A stretch of 64,000 nucleotides of DNA, taken from positions 1-64,000 of IMG/VR virus record IMGVR_UViG_3300049043_000133. One strand, given 5' to 3'. This document shows positions 9,889 to 21,434 of the stretch, piece after piece; position 1 is the first letter of the stretch; each line of letters starts with the position of its first letter. The notes under the pieces are model-generated. The model saw nothing but the letters and a program-made list of their open reading frames with translations. It had not been told where the DNA came from and ran no database searches. Position numbers and translations under genes: made by a program. This DNA comes from a virus.

Positions 9889-12878
9889 ATGTCTATTAAT
9901 CCTCTGAACGATATTTCCAAGGTTTATTTGGAACAGGTTGCTAATATTGATGAAGCAGAAGGTTCTTATGGACAAACTCCAAAGGCAGATGCTGCTTATA
10001 TTGCGCGTGCTTTTGGGAAAGGAAAAAGTAAAACTAAAGCACTTGCTCTAAAGCACGCAGTTAAATCTGCTTCGGATCGTTATAATTCTGATAAACCTTA
10101 CTCACACAGAAGTAAGATGACCCAAAGTGATAGAGATTATCACCGTGGGCAATCTGAAAATCGTGGTGGAGATAGACAGGGTATTGATTATCATAGGTTT
10201 GATACGGGAGCAAGTGGGCCTGGTGGAATGCCCAAAGGTAAAAAACTTGAAAGGCAAAAGAAAACTGGTGTAAGTGCTGAAAGTTATAGTATTGATGAAG
10301 CATTAGATCCTGTAGGAAAAGAAGATGAAGATATTGATAATGATGGTAAGAAAATACAAAATCAATAAGTATCTTTTAAATCGTAGAAAAGCAATTGGTA
10401 AAGCAATCTCGACGCAAAAAGAAGCACTAGATCCAGTTGGTAAAGAAGACGATGATATTGATAATGATGGTAAGAAAAATACAAAATCGGATAAGTATCT
10501 TTTACAATCGTAGAAAAGCAATCGGTAAAGCACTTGCAAAAGAAGGATATTCAAATTGGAGACAAGATCTTTCTGAAGTAATTAAAGATATTGAAACTGA
10601 TAAAAAAATTACAGAAAAGAAAGTCAAGAATAAAATTGTAATCAATCCAAAGTTGGATCTTGGTGAAGCAGTAGAGAACCTTGGTGGAACTTTACTTGAG
10701 ATGGTTGAAGTTGATGAGTTTGACTTTGTTTTTGATGATCTTTCAGAATCTGAAATCTTCTTGCTTTCGGATGATTTAATTGAAGAAGTTGTAGAAGAGT
10801 TTTTCTATGAGTGCCTAGAAGAGGGTTATGATCTTGATGATGTGGAGAATGTTTTAGTTGAGTCTATTGATTTGTCTACTGCTCTTTTAAATGAAGCAAA
10901 AGTTACTTTGGGGCACGACACAAAAATCAAGAGCGATAGGCTTGAGAAAGTAAAGTCTGCTGTTAAGAAAGTTGGAAAGGCAGTTGCTCGTGGTGCAGGA
11001 TATGTTGCAGGAGCAGCAGTTCGTGGGGCAAGAGCAGCAGGTAGAGAGTTTTCTAAAGGATATGAGAGAGGAAGAGGTGGATCTTCAGGTTCATCAACAT
11101 CTTCTACATCTTCATCCTCAGGTTCTTCAAGTTCTGGAGATACATCTTCTTCATCAACTGGAACTAATCGTCCTGGATTGCTTGGGAGAATTGGATCTGC
11201 TCTTAAAACGGGATTGAAGAAAGTGATTGCTAAAGGTGCAAGATCAGTCTCTAGAGGTGCAAGAAATGTTGCTCGCAGAATGGATAACGGATCTTTATCG
11301 CCAACAAAAACACCAACAAAAACAAAAACGCAACCAATTGAAGACCCTTGGGAAGGTAGTGCAACTACTCCTAAATCAGCAAAGTCAACTCCAAACCTGA
11401 AGCAAAACTACAACAGTTTCTGTAAAACCATTAACAGGAGTACATGACTCGCAGTAGTAAGAGACGTGGAAATCCAAATTTCCAAAAGTGATGCGAATTG
11501 AATTAATCTGCTACTCCATAAAAGCAGATGAAATAGCGGAGTTAAGACGAATGGCTACAGCAAGTGCTAAACGTGGTCTTGATGGAGATAGATGTTCCAG
11601 AATTACGTTCAAGAACTATAACCGATGCTCCTTCTTCGAGTGGATCTAGAAATTCAACAACTTCTAGTGTTGTAAAATTGATGAGACAAATGAATGCCGA
11701 TGTTCAAAAACCAAAAAAAAGAAAAAGAAAAAAACTGTAGCAGAAGAAACTTTAACTGATGCTCAAACTAAAAAAAAGAAGAAATTGTAAAGTCTATGAA
11801 GACTAAACTGAGAGATTTTGAGGCAAGATATCCTGGTCGTGGCAAAGAAGTGATGTATGCGACTGCTACAAAAATGGCACAAAAAGTAGCAGAAAATTTT
11901 ATTGATGAAGCAAAACTTCCACGCTCTATGAAAAAGGGAAAAAACCCAAAAGAGAGTAAAACGGTAGTAATACACGATGTTGATGATAATCTTGCTGACC
12001 AAAGACATCCTAATGCAGCTAAGATTGATCTTATGCAACGAATTCGTGAGGAAAAGAAAGGTGAGTATAAAAAAGTTGGTGAATTAACTCCTAGTCAATT
12101 TGCTCATCATCAATTAACGAAAGATCAAAAATTTGGATTTGATCAATTTAAAAGCACTGATAAGTTTAAAAAAACAACCACGCCAAATAAACCTGTAGTT
12201 AGATTGGGAGATAGTCCAAGAAGACCTGCTCAAAAAGAAGTAATTACAGCACGATCACGTATGGATGATCCAAGAGGATTCTCTCAAGATTTGAGCACCA
12301 GAATAGGTGTACAAAATCTCAAACACCAAAATGTTCGTTATACTGGAGGAATGCGTCAAGGTTCTGGTCCTGAGAAAAAAGGTGCAGTAGTTAAAAATAT
12401 TGTAAAACCTGATACTAAAAAGGTAATTACTGCCGATGACCATCTTCAAAATGTAAGACATATGGCTGCTGCGGCATCTGAAGCAGCACCTAAAGCAAAA
12501 GTTAGAGCATATCAAGCAAAACCAGCTACAAAAGCAAAAGGTAAAGTAAAGACCTGGAGATATTGTTCCAGTAAGAGTTGGTAAGGAAAAAGATTTAAGT
12601 GATCCTAACATAGGAATTAGAGATCACTAAGACTGTAGAACCATCATAAACTACCAAAACAAACACAAAGCAGCACGTAAGAAGAGCAAGAAGAGGAATG
12701 GGTGAAGCAGTTGATATGAATACAAATCCACAACAAACTCAACCACAACCACAACAACAACAATCAAATCCTAAAGCAAAACAGATTCAGCAAAAGGATA
12801 TTGCTAATAAGAAAAGATTACTTCAACAGAAAATGCAAGCACTCAGTAGAGGAGTGACTGATGTTGATGTTTGATATT
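9889..12878 (+). CDS. Very large low-complexity late protein, probably virion-internal, with a HAD-like domain at ~11930-12500 (many frameshifts; may be more than one ORF)
   Basis: Successive frames 9889-10368, 10437-11447 and 11796-12584; EALDPVGKED repeats; Ser/Gly and Gln tracts; HAD motifs VIHDVDD, ITAR, ADDH..N. Confidence 0.5.
10297..10532 (+). repeat. Tandem coding repeat, two copies of ~124 bp
   Basis: Both copies encode EALDPVGKED.DIDNDGKKNTKSDKYL.NRRKAIGKA (starts at 10297 and 10421). Confidence 0.9.
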
Positions 12879-12919
12879 CCTAAATAAGTTAGGAAACCTT
12901 TCCATATACGGAGGACATC

Positions 12920-13090
12920 ATGGGCGCACTTGTAGAACTCGTAAAACCACTTCTTTTTGCTGCACTTAATTCTTGTGCAACTAAAAAACTTGTATGTGAT
13001 CTTCTTGATCGTTATGTCAAGACCACTGATAATGATGTTGATAATGTGATTGCACTTACAGTCAGAACAGCACTTCTCAAGAATTGCTGA
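12920..13090 (+). CDS. Small hypothetical protein (56 aa)
   Basis: MGALVELVKPLL...TDNDVDN...; ggagg RBS; terminator follows. Confidence 0.65.
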   Translation: MGALVELVKPLLFAALNSCATKKLVCDLLDRYVKTTDNDVDNVIALTVRTALLKNC

Positions 13091-13112
13091 TAATTCAATT
13101 AAATGTATGATA

Positions 13113-13144
13113 AAGAAGACCTTTAAGTAGGGTCTTCTTTTTTT
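13113..13144 (+). terminator. Intrinsic terminator running into a late promoter
   Basis: aaagaagacc / ggtcttcttt stem, T-run, then tataaata. Confidence 0.7.
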
Positions 13145-13184
13145 ATAAATATTTCTACGAAACAAATTAGTACAGGTAAAAAGA

Positions 13185-13982
13185 ATGGCACTCTGGGGCA
13201 TTTCAACAACCACTGAAACATCAGCAAATAATTACGCAATTCCTAAGCATTTATCTGAAAGTGATAGAAATAATACCCCTTGGAATTGTTTTGCTGATGT
13301 TCGTGGTTGGGTTTATAGAAGATATAATTCATCAGAGTATTCTGGATTATCTACTGATTATTATGATGAAGTTTTAGTTAATGTTGCAGGTCTTAACACT
13401 GCTGGTTCTTCTACTGATACTGGAGCAACAGGTCTCAATGCTGCTACTCCAGTTGCTGTGTTTTTTGAAGATCCAAATCTATCTCAAGTAATTTCTGTTG
13501 GTGCTGGTGGCACTACTGGAATTGGAACTGGTAGAACTGGATATGTTCATGTTGTATGGAATGAAGGTGTCTATTGTTCTGCTGGTGCAACTGTGCTTGT
13601 TAATCAATTTACTTCTGCTGGTGTTGCCACTGGAACAGCAATTGTGGCAACTGCTGCCTCTGTTGCTCCTAACTCCAATATTGCTGTTTATACAAATGAT
13701 TCCGGAATAGTTTTATATAATACCTTTAATGGTCAAATTACTAATAGAGTTGCATTTGCTTTCACTGCTCCTAACACTGGAATTGGAACCGTACTTAGAA
13801 TTAATATGAATGCTGGTGTTGTTGGAACTATCACTGATTTTAGTGGTGGCGGTTCTGTAACTAAAACATTTACTTCTGATATTCTTCGTAATGTTGGTGG
13901 TGCTGGAACTGCCTTCTCTGTTCATGGGGATACTGGACTACCTGTTGGTATTGGAACCACTACATTAACAATCACTGCATGA
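13185..13982 (+). CDS. Probable virion structural protein (Gly/Thr/Ala-rich)
   Basis: MALWG start; GIGT motifs typical of cyanophage structural proteins; late promoter upstream. Confidence 0.6.
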   Translation: MALWGISTTTETSANNYAIPKHLSESDRNNTPWNCFADVRGWVYRRYNSSEYSGLSTDYYDEVLVNVAGLNTAGSSTDTGATGLNAATPVAVFFEDPNLSQVISVGAGGTTGIGTGRTGYVHVVWNEGVYCSAGATVLVNQFTSAGVATGTAIVATAASVAPNSNIAVYTNDSGIVLYNTFNGQITNRVAFAFTAPNTGIGTVLRINMNAGVVGTITDFSGGGSVTKTFTSDILRNVGGAGTAFSVHGDTGLPVGIGTTTLTITA

Positions 13983-13983
13983 T

Positions 13984-14376
13984 ATGATTTTTAATGAACT
14001 GAATGAGGATAATTTCCTTTTATTTGCAATTAAACACTATGAAAATCCTCAAGCAGTAACTAGAGAAGATTTTGATAAAGATTTAAATCATTTTAAATAT
14101 ATCAAAAGACTATTGAAACGATATAAAAATAATGGTGAACTTAAAACTCACCTTTTACTTAATCATTTTATTATTCTTTATAATATTTTTGGTGAAGCAA
14201 CAACTCCTATGTTGTTTTTTAAAATTGAAAAAGAACTTTGGTCTTCTGTAAAAAGTTTTATAATATTTTTGAATCGACTTCCGGAATATCCAAAATCAAC
14301 CATTCACGATATACAAGTTGATTTAAATTGTTTAGCAGAACTTCAGAAAATCTACAATGGATCCCAAGAAACTTGA
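13984..14376 (+). CDS. Conserved T4-like hypothetical protein upstream of primase
   Basis: FLLFAIKHYENP...LLLNHFIILYNIFG. Confidence 0.7.
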   Translation: MIFNELNEDNFLLFAIKHYENPQAVTREDFDKDLNHFKYIKRLLKRYKNNGELKTHLLLNHFIILYNIFGEATTPMLFFKIEKELWSSVKSFIIFLNRLPEYPKSTIHDIQVDLNCLAELQKIYNGSQET

Positions 14377-14566
14377 CAAGATTATTTCTATTGTAAGAGA
14401 GCAAATGGTAGCAAATGCTCCAGGCGGATCTGGTGGATTGAGTGGTTCAGCAGATCCAAAAGGACCTGTTGCTGGATTTGATCCTGTGATAGGATTAACA
14501 AAAAGAAAAGGTCCTCAAATCAAATTACCACCAGGTTCTCGTAAAAGGTGGAAGAACCCTCAGTAA
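14357..14566 (+). CDS. Hypothetical protein
   Basis: 69 aa ORF overlapping the upstream stop; GPVAGFDPV motif. Confidence 0.55.
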   Translation: MDPKKLDKIISIVREQMVANAPGGSGGLSGSADPKGPVAGFDPVIGLTKRKGPQIKLPPGSRKRWKNPQ

Positions 14567-14625
14567 TAAATAAAAATATAGTAGATCAACAAAGTGAATT
14601 AAATCCAATCGCTTTGTTAAAAATG

Positions 14626-15039
14626 TCAGACGAAATAGTAAAAGTAGCTGTTCTAGAACAAAAATTTGCTGACTTTATTGGTATCGTAAACAAGTTAGAC
14701 GATGCAATACAAAAGTTAAGTGAAGTTAATACGAATGTAATTAAAATGCTTGCAGTTCACGATGAAAAAATCGATCAGTGCAATAAAACGGATGATTTAT
14801 TTTTAAAAATGATTGATGATATTCGTGATGAAAATGCAGATGATCATCAAAAATCTAATCAAAGAATTTCGGCTTTGGAAAAAGAAATCGGTGAAGTTTC
14901 TAAAATCAAATGGATGACGATTGGATGTGGAGTTCTTTTAGCAGTTCTTGCAACTTCTTTTTCTACATTAGCCTCTGGTTGGTGGACTCCTGCAGGTATG
15001 CGTGATGCAAGAGAAGTTCAACACGAACAATTTAAATAA
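14626..15039 (+). CDS. Coiled-coil protein with C-terminal TM helix
   Basis: Heptad-rich region then WMTIGCGVLLAVLA. Confidence 0.6.
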   Translation, partial: SDEIVKVAVLEQKFADFIGIVNKLDDAIQKLSEVNTNVIKMLAVHDEKIDQCNKTDDLFLKMIDDIRDENADDHQKSNQRISALEKEIGEVSKIKWMTIGCGVLLAVLATSFSTLASGWWTPAGMRDAREVQHEQFK

Positions 15040-15207
15040 ATAATTGAGTGTTGGCATAAGATGCCAATGAAAACTCAAAAGAAAGTCACTCTTTACTCAC
15101 TACAAAAAGTAACTAATGCAGTCATTAAATGGACGGCAATTATGACTGCATTGTGCCTTGACAAAGTTTGATAGTTTGATAGAATAGGATATCAGTGGTA
15201 ATTTATT

Positions 15208-16177
15208 ATGGACTTTATTGATGTAAAATACATCAATTTGATATCTTCTCGTCTTCAAAAATTTAAGAAGGTAAAAAATAATCTTTACAACTTTCGTTGT
15301 CCTATTTGTGGCGACTCTCAAAAAAATAAGAGTAAAGCAAGAGGATATCTCTATCAGGTTAAAAACAATACAAACTTTAAGTGTCACAACTGCGGAATTA
15401 ACATATCTTTTAATAACTTCCTCAAACAAATAGATACCTCAATTCATAAACAATATACTTTTGAAAAGTTTAAAGAAGGACACACTGGTAAAAACTTTAC
15501 AGCAGAAGAACCTATATTTCATTTTGAAGCACCAAAGTTTAAACCCAAATTAGATTTACCAAAAGCATCGGAAAATCAAGAAGCAAAAGAATACTTAGAA
15601 AATCGAAAATTAAATCCAGATAAATTTTATTATAGTGAAAAATTTAAGGAGTGGACTAATTCTCTAAAACAAACTTTTGAAAGTACAAAACAAGATGAAC
15701 CGAGGATTATTATTCCTTTGTTCTATCAAAATACTCTTGTTGGATATCAAGGTAGAGCACTTGGGCGCAGCAAGATTAAATATATTACCATAATGCTTGA
15801 ATGATGACGCACCAAAAATCTATGGACTCGATGAAGTTCAAAAAAACAAAACTGTATACATCACGGAAGGTCCATTTGACTCAACCTTCATTCCAAATGC
15901 TATTGCTATGTGCGGAGCTGATGGTGATGTCAGTAAGTGGGGCATTCATGATTGTGTTTGGATATACGATAACGAACCACGTAATAGAGAAATCTTATCA
16001 AGAATTTCCCGTATTATCGAAATGGGACAAAAAGTTGTCATCTGGCCTTCATCAATAAAAGAAAAGGACATTAATGATATGGTTTTGTCTGGACTGGATG
16101 TTCAGTCTGTGATAGAATCTAATGTATATTCTGGACTGGAAGCAAAACTTAAATTTACTACCTGGAAAAAAGTATGA
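15208..16177 (+). CDS. gp61: DNA primase (frameshift ~15797)
   Basis: RCPICGDS zinc finger, KCHNC, TEGPFDS TOPRIM, KDINDM. Confidence 0.95.
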
Positions 16178-18471
16178 GTAACGGTACAAAAGTAATCAAG
16201 AGAAATGGATTGATTGAATCTCTTGACCTTGATAAGATGCACATAATGGTTGAAGAGGCTTGTAAAAACCTTGCTGGTGTTTCTGCAAGTCAGGTTGAGA
16301 TGAAATCTGGCATTCAGTTTTATAATGGTATTACCACAGCAGAGATTCAAGAAATCTTGATTCGCTCTGCTTCAGACTTGATTGATTTGGATCACCCAAA
16401 CTATCAATACGTCGCCGCTCGTCTTCTTCTATTTTCTGTTCGTAAGCAACTTTATGGAAAGATGATGGAACTTCCGCATCTTGAAGAGCACATTTATGCC
16501 TGCGTAAATGCAGAAGTATATGATTCTGATATTTTTAATAAGTATTCTAAAGAAGAAATTGATTTTGCAAACTCTTTTATTCGTCATGATAGAGATTACT
16601 TATTCACTTATGCTGGACTTCGACAGGTAGTTGATAAGTATCTGGTGCAAGATAGAAGCACTGGTGGAGTTTATGAAACTCCTCAGTTCATGTATATGAT
16701 GATTGCTCTGACAGTTTTTGCAGAGTATCCGAAAGAAACAAGAATGTCTTATGTTAAGAGGTATTATGACGCAATCTCAAGACACAAAATCAACATCCCA
16801 ACACCAATCATGGCAGGAGTGCGGACTCCGCTTCGACAATTTGCTAGCTGTGTCCTTGTTGACGTTGATGACACCCTCGATAGTATCTTTAGTAGTGATA
16901 TGGCTATTGGCAGATACGTTGCACAGAGGGCGGGAATCGGCATCAACGCTGGTCGAATCCGTGGCATCAACAGCAAAATTAGAGGGGGAGAAGTTTCGCA
17001 TACGGGTGTTGTACCATTTCTCAAAAAGTTTGAAGCGACTGTCAGATGTTGCACGCAAAATGGCATACGAGGTGGATCCGCGACAGTCCACTTCCCCATC
17101 TGGCATCAAGAAATAAGTGATATTTTAGTTCTTAAAAACAATAAAGGTACGGAGGATAATCGTGTTCGCAAACTTGATTACAGCATCCAAATCAGTAAAC
17201 TCTTCTATGAAAGGTTTATTCAGGATGGTGAAATTACGCTTTTCTCCCCGCATGATGTCCCTGGACTATATGATTCTTTCGGGACAATTGAGTTTGACTC
17301 TCTCTACATTGGATACGAAAACAATCCGTCCATTCCGAAGAAAACTATTAAGGCGCAGGAACTCATCCTTAGTCTTCTTAAAGAAAGGGCTGAAACGGGT
17401 CGTATCTATATTATGAATATCGACCATTGCAATTCGCATTCATCTTTTAAAGATAAAGTTGAGATGAGCAATCTCTGTCAGGAAATTACTTTGCCAACTT
17501 ATCCCATTCAACATATTGATGACGAAAGTGGAGAAATTGCACTTTGCATTCTTTCTGCTATTAACGTCGGTAAAGTAAAATCAGATGAAGAACTGGAAGA
17601 TCTTTGTGATCTTTCTGTTCGTGGATTGGATGAGTTGATTGACTATCAGAAGTATCCTGTAGCAGCAGCAGAACGTGCTACAAAGGCACGTAGATCTCTT
17701 GGGGTAGGGTTTATTGGTCTTGCTCACTATTTGGCAAAACTTGGATTTAACTATGACTCTCAGGGAGCGTGGGATGCTGTACATGGACTTGCTGAATCTT
17801 TCCAGTATTATCTTTTGAAAGCATCTAATCAACTCGCAAAAGAGAAAGGATATTGTGAATATTTTGGACGTACTAAGTATGCTGATGGTATTCTTCCGAT
17901 TGATACATATAAAAAAGATGTAGACGAAATCTCTTCTATTCCTTACCAGCATGATTGGGAAACACTTAGAGCATCTATCTTGGAACACGGTCTTAGGCAC
18001 TCAACACTGTCCGCACAGATGCCATCGGAGAGCAGTTCCGTTGTGTCAAACGCAACCAATGGAATCGAACCTCCTAGAGACTACTTGTCCGTTAAGAAGT
18101 CAAAGAAAGGACCTCTCAAGCAGATTGTTCCCCAATATCAAACTCTTAAAAACAATTATACACTTCTTTGGGATATGCCTAGCAATCGTGGGTATATTAG
18201 TATTGTTGCAGTTATGCAGAAGTTCTTTGATCAAGCGATTTCTGGAAACTGGTCCTATAATCCAGAACATTATGAGAATAATGAAGTTCCTACTTCAGTA
18301 ATGGCAAATGACTTTTTGACTACATACAAGTACGGGTGGAAAACTTCCTATTATCAAAATACCTACGATATTAAAACTGATGAGGTGGTGGAAGAGAAAC
18401 CCAAACTTCAAGATTTGCTAAGTGAGTTAAGTTCAGTAGAGGAGGGAGAGTGTGAATCCTGTGCAGTTTAA
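16174..18471 (+). CDS. nrdA: Class Ia ribonucleotide reductase alpha subunit
   Basis: ATP-cone, PTPIMAG, SNLCQEI, C-terminal CESC. Confidence 0.97.
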   Translation: MSNGTKVIKRNGLIESLDLDKMHIMVEEACKNLAGVSASQVEMKSGIQFYNGITTAEIQEILIRSASDLIDLDHPNYQYVAARLLLFSVRKQLYGKMMELPHLEEHIYACVNAEVYDSDIFNKYSKEEIDFANSFIRHDRDYLFTYAGLRQVVDKYLVQDRSTGGVYETPQFMYMMIALTVFAEYPKETRMSYVKRYYDAISRHKINIPTPIMAGVRTPLRQFASCVLVDVDDTLDSIFSSDMAIGRYVAQRAGIGINAGRIRGINSKIRGGEVSHTGVVPFLKKFEATVRCCTQNGIRGGSATVHFPIWHQEISDILVLKNNKGTEDNRVRKLDYSIQISKLFYERFIQDGEITLFSPHDVPGLYDSFGTIEFDSLYIGYENNPSIPKKTIKAQELILSLLKERAETGRIYIMNIDHCNSHSSFKDKVEMSNLCQEITLPTYPIQHIDDESGEIALCILSAINVGKVKSDEELEDLCDLSVRGLDELIDYQKYPVAAAERATKARRSLGVGFIGLAHYLAKLGFNYDSQGAWDAVHGLAESFQYYLLKASNQLAKEKGYCEYFGRTKYADGILPIDTYKKDVDEISSIPYQHDWETLRASILEHGLRHSTLSAQMPSESSSVVSNATNGIEPPRDYLSVKKSKKGPLKQIVPQYQTLKNNYTLLWDMPSNRGYISIVAVMQKFFDQAISGNWSYNPEHYENNEVPTSVMANDFLTTYKYGWKTSYYQNTYDIKTDEVVEEKPKLQDLLSELSSVEEGECESCAV

Positions 18472-19641
18472 AATTTCTTCTACGGAAGATCAAACACAAG
18501 TCAAGGGGATGACGGTTTTTAACACTGAACAAGTGAATACAAAAAAACAACCGATGTTTTTTGGAAAACCCCTTGGGATACAACGATATGATTCATACAA
18601 ATATCCAGTCTTCGATAAACTGACTACACAGCAATTAGGATACTTTTGGAGACCCGAAGAGGTGTCTCTTCAAAAGGATCGTGGTGACTATCAAACTTTA
18701 CGTCCAGAACAGAAACACATTTATACTTCTAATCTGAAGTATCAGATTATGCTTGATTCTGTTCAGGGTCGCGGACCTGGAATGGCTTTCATTCCATATT
18801 GCTCACTACCTGAGTTGGAAGCGTGTATGGAAGTATGGGGATTTATGGAGATGATTCATAGTCGTTCATACACATATATTATCAAAAATATCTATTCTGA
18901 TCCAAGTGAAGTGTTTGATACGATCATTACTGATGAACGTATTCTGGAACGTGCTAAGAGCGTTACAGAGTCATATGATGACTTTATTCAAGCATCACAG
19001 GATTATGGTTCATCCAATACTTGGATGCACAATCTTGAACAAGTTCCATATGCACAACAGAGTCTCAACGATGTTAAACGAAAGTTATACAGAGCAGTCG
19101 CAAACGTTAACATTCTTGAAGGTATTCGCTTCTACGTTAGTTTTGCTTGTAGTTTCGCCTTTGGTGAACTTAAGCTTATGGAAGGATCCGCTAAAATCAT
19201 CTCTCTTATCGCAAGAGACGAAAACCAACATCTAGCCATTACTCAGAATATTCTGAACAAATGGCGTGACGGTGATGATCCAGAAATGAAGCAAATTATG
19301 AAAGAAGAGGAAGAGTGGACCTATAAAATGTTTAATCGTGCTGTAAATGAAGAAAAGCGATGGGCAGATTATCTGTTCAAAGATGGTAGCATGATTGGAC
19401 TTAATGATAAACTTCTTCAACAATACGTTGAGTGGATTGCTAATAGAAGATTAAAAGCGATTGGATTAAAACCTCAATACGATATTTCAGCAAACAACAA
19501 TCCACTTCCTTGGACTCAGCACTGGATTTCCTCTAAAGGTCTCCAGGTGGCTCCCCAGGAAACGGAAGTCAGAAAGTATATGTAGTTGGTGGAATTAAAC
19601 AAGATGTGAAAAAGGACACATTTAGTGGTTTCAAATTGTAA
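18452..19641 (+). CDS. nrdB: Ribonucleotide reductase beta subunit (frameshift near the 3' end)
   Basis: FWRPEEV, EMIHSRSY, EGIRFY, RDENQH, VAPQETE. Confidence 0.97.
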
Positions 19642-19664
19642 TAATTATCTTAAAACTTATAGAT

Positions 19665-19692
19665 AGAGGAGGTAACCCCCTCCTCTTTTTTT
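19665..19692 (+). terminator. Intrinsic terminator after nrdB
   Basis: agaggagg / cctcctct stem plus T-run. Confidence 0.7.
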
Positions 19693-19825
19693 ATGATTCA
19701 CATCACAGATATTTTCTCATTAAAAGCAAAAGTAGAAAAACTTAAATTTAAATTAGATGAAGAAATGATATCCACTCATGAGAAGTGGATTGCTCATAAA
19801 TATCTGAATCATGTTTTAGATTATA

Positions 19826-20266
19826 TTGATGAGTTGCGATTACGATAATCCGTGGTATTATAATGGCAAACCTTTTGAGTCTAAAGATATTGAAGATTAT
19901 TTTGGATTTGTTTATTTGATAAAAAATAATCTTAATGGTAGAAAATATATTGGACGCAAGTATCTTTGGCAGTTTAGAACTCCAAAAGGTAAAAGTCGCA
20001 AAGTCAAAACAGAATCGGATTGGAAAAAATACTATGGGTCTTGTCCAGAACTTAAAGAAGACATTATCAAATTTGGTAGAGAAAATTTTAGTCGAACTAT
20101 CTTATCATTACATAAAACAAAGGGCAAAACAAACTATGAAGAGACAAGGCAACTCTTTGTCAATAACGTCCTCATCGAATCCCTTGACAACGGAGTCCCA
20201 GCGTTTTACAATAGCAACGTATTGTCCCGCTACTTCCGAAAAGATTATTATGACAGCAACGACTGA
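19826..20266 (+). CDS. GIY-YIG (Seg-like) nuclease-family protein
   Basis: GFVYLI...YIGRK...YYGS...F.R.IL...E. Confidence 0.75.
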   Translation: MMSCDYDNPWYYNGKPFESKDIEDYFGFVYLIKNNLNGRKYIGRKYLWQFRTPKGKSRKVKTESDWKKYYGSCPELKEDIIKFGRENFSRTILSLHKTKGKTNYEETRQLFVNNVLIESLDNGVPAFYNSNVLSRYFRKDYYDSND

Positions 20267-20420
20267 AGACATTGTATGCTCATGTTAGATCCTGGTCACT
20301 TGATCGTGCTGCGGATAAAACGGTTTCCGAAGAGGATGCTCGTGCCATTCTTGAAGAGTTTTATGAATGGATTGAACCTGAAGATGATGAATTGGAAATT
20401 GTCTCTCTGGAACCATAACC

Positions 20421-20449
20421 TTGACAAATCCTAAATATTAACTTATTAT
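20421..20449 (+). promoter_or_regulatory. Sigma70-type promoter
   Basis: TTGACA-17 bp-TATTAT. Confidence 0.7.
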
Positions 20450-20581
20450 GAAGAAATCCCGTCGAATTCGACGGGATTAACATTATGAGATTTTGACGTG
20501 ACAATTAGAGCCGTGGGATCTGCCCTCTGAGAAGAGGGAAGTGCGCTTTTCCTATACGGATGTAGAGTTCTATTAATTTTA

Positions 20582-20944
20582 ATGCTTTTTAAAACACTTT
20601 CAATTCTTGCTGTTGCCGTTACCGGATTAGCACCCCTTCAGGCAAAAGCAGCGAGCGGATGTTCCCTCGCATCACATTATGGAATCGGTGATGGATATCA
20701 TGGGCAGACAACTGCAAACGGCGAAAGATACAATGCTTACGGAAAATCAGTAGCACATCGATGGCTTCCTTTTGGAACTAGATTAAGAGTTACAAATCAG
20801 TCAAATGGAAAATCAGTAATTGTGCGTGTAAATGATCGTGGACCTTATGTAGGTGGTAGGGACCTTGACCTGTCTTATGGTGCGTTTTCTTCTATTGCCT
20901 CTCCAGGTCAAGGAGTCGCTAACATTTGCTATGCATCTCTATAA
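20582..20944 (+). CDS. rlpA: RlpA-like double-psi beta-barrel lytic transglycosylase with signal peptide
   Basis: ASHYG...TANGE...AHRWLPFGT...VNDRGPY...DLS. Confidence 0.9.
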   Translation: MLFKTLSILAVAVTGLAPLQAKAASGCSLASHYGIGDGYHGQTTANGERYNAYGKSVAHRWLPFGTRLRVTNQSNGKSVIVRVNDRGPYVGGRDLDLSYGAFSSIASPGQGVANICYASL

Positions 20945-20981
20945 CATTTAATAAATAGGGGAGTAAGGATCCGCTCCCCTT

Positions 20982-21380
20982 ATGTTTAAATTTGGAAATC
21001 AAAAACCAAATATAAAGCAGTATGCAATTATAGGAATTGTATTAACTACTATTATTGCAGCACTTTCTCAATGCACTGGAATCAAACAAAATAGTATCTG
21101 GGATTTACTGGACGAAGTTCAAAGAAGATATTTCCCACAAACAATTCTCAATGACTTTATTATCAAAGATCCAGAGAAACTTGAATCGAAGAGTTCAAAG
21201 CGTGATGTTGATAAAGCAATTGATGCCGTTACACCAGAGTATGATCGGATTATTTCCGATTATGATAAAAAATATAAACAAAGATATATGGACTTAAAAA
21301 ATGATGAGACTGTGTGTTATACTGATGAATGTAAGGCACTCGCACCACCTATGAGAATCTGTGCTCCTTGGATTAAATGA
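20982..21380 (+). CDS. Membrane-anchored hypothetical protein
   Basis: N-terminal TM; C-terminal CYTDEC...CAPW. Confidence 0.55.
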   Translation: MFKFGNQKPNIKQYAIIGIVLTTIIAALSQCTGIKQNSIWDLLDEVQRRYFPQTILNDFIIKDPEKLESKSSKRDVDKAIDAVTPEYDRIISDYDKKYKQRYMDLKNDETVCYTDECKALAPPMRICAPWIK

Positions 21381-21434
21381 TTGTCTAAGAAAAGTAACTA
21401 TATAAACATAATCTTATTTTTAATGGAGATAATT

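Noticed and set aside
10297-10532. Repeat considered as a CRISPR array or DGR template/variable pair
   Set aside because: In-frame coding duplication; no spacers, no adenine-specific variation, and no cas or RT gene.
16174-19641. Inteins or introns in nrdA/nrdB
   Set aside because: Lengths and motifs are continuous and of normal size.
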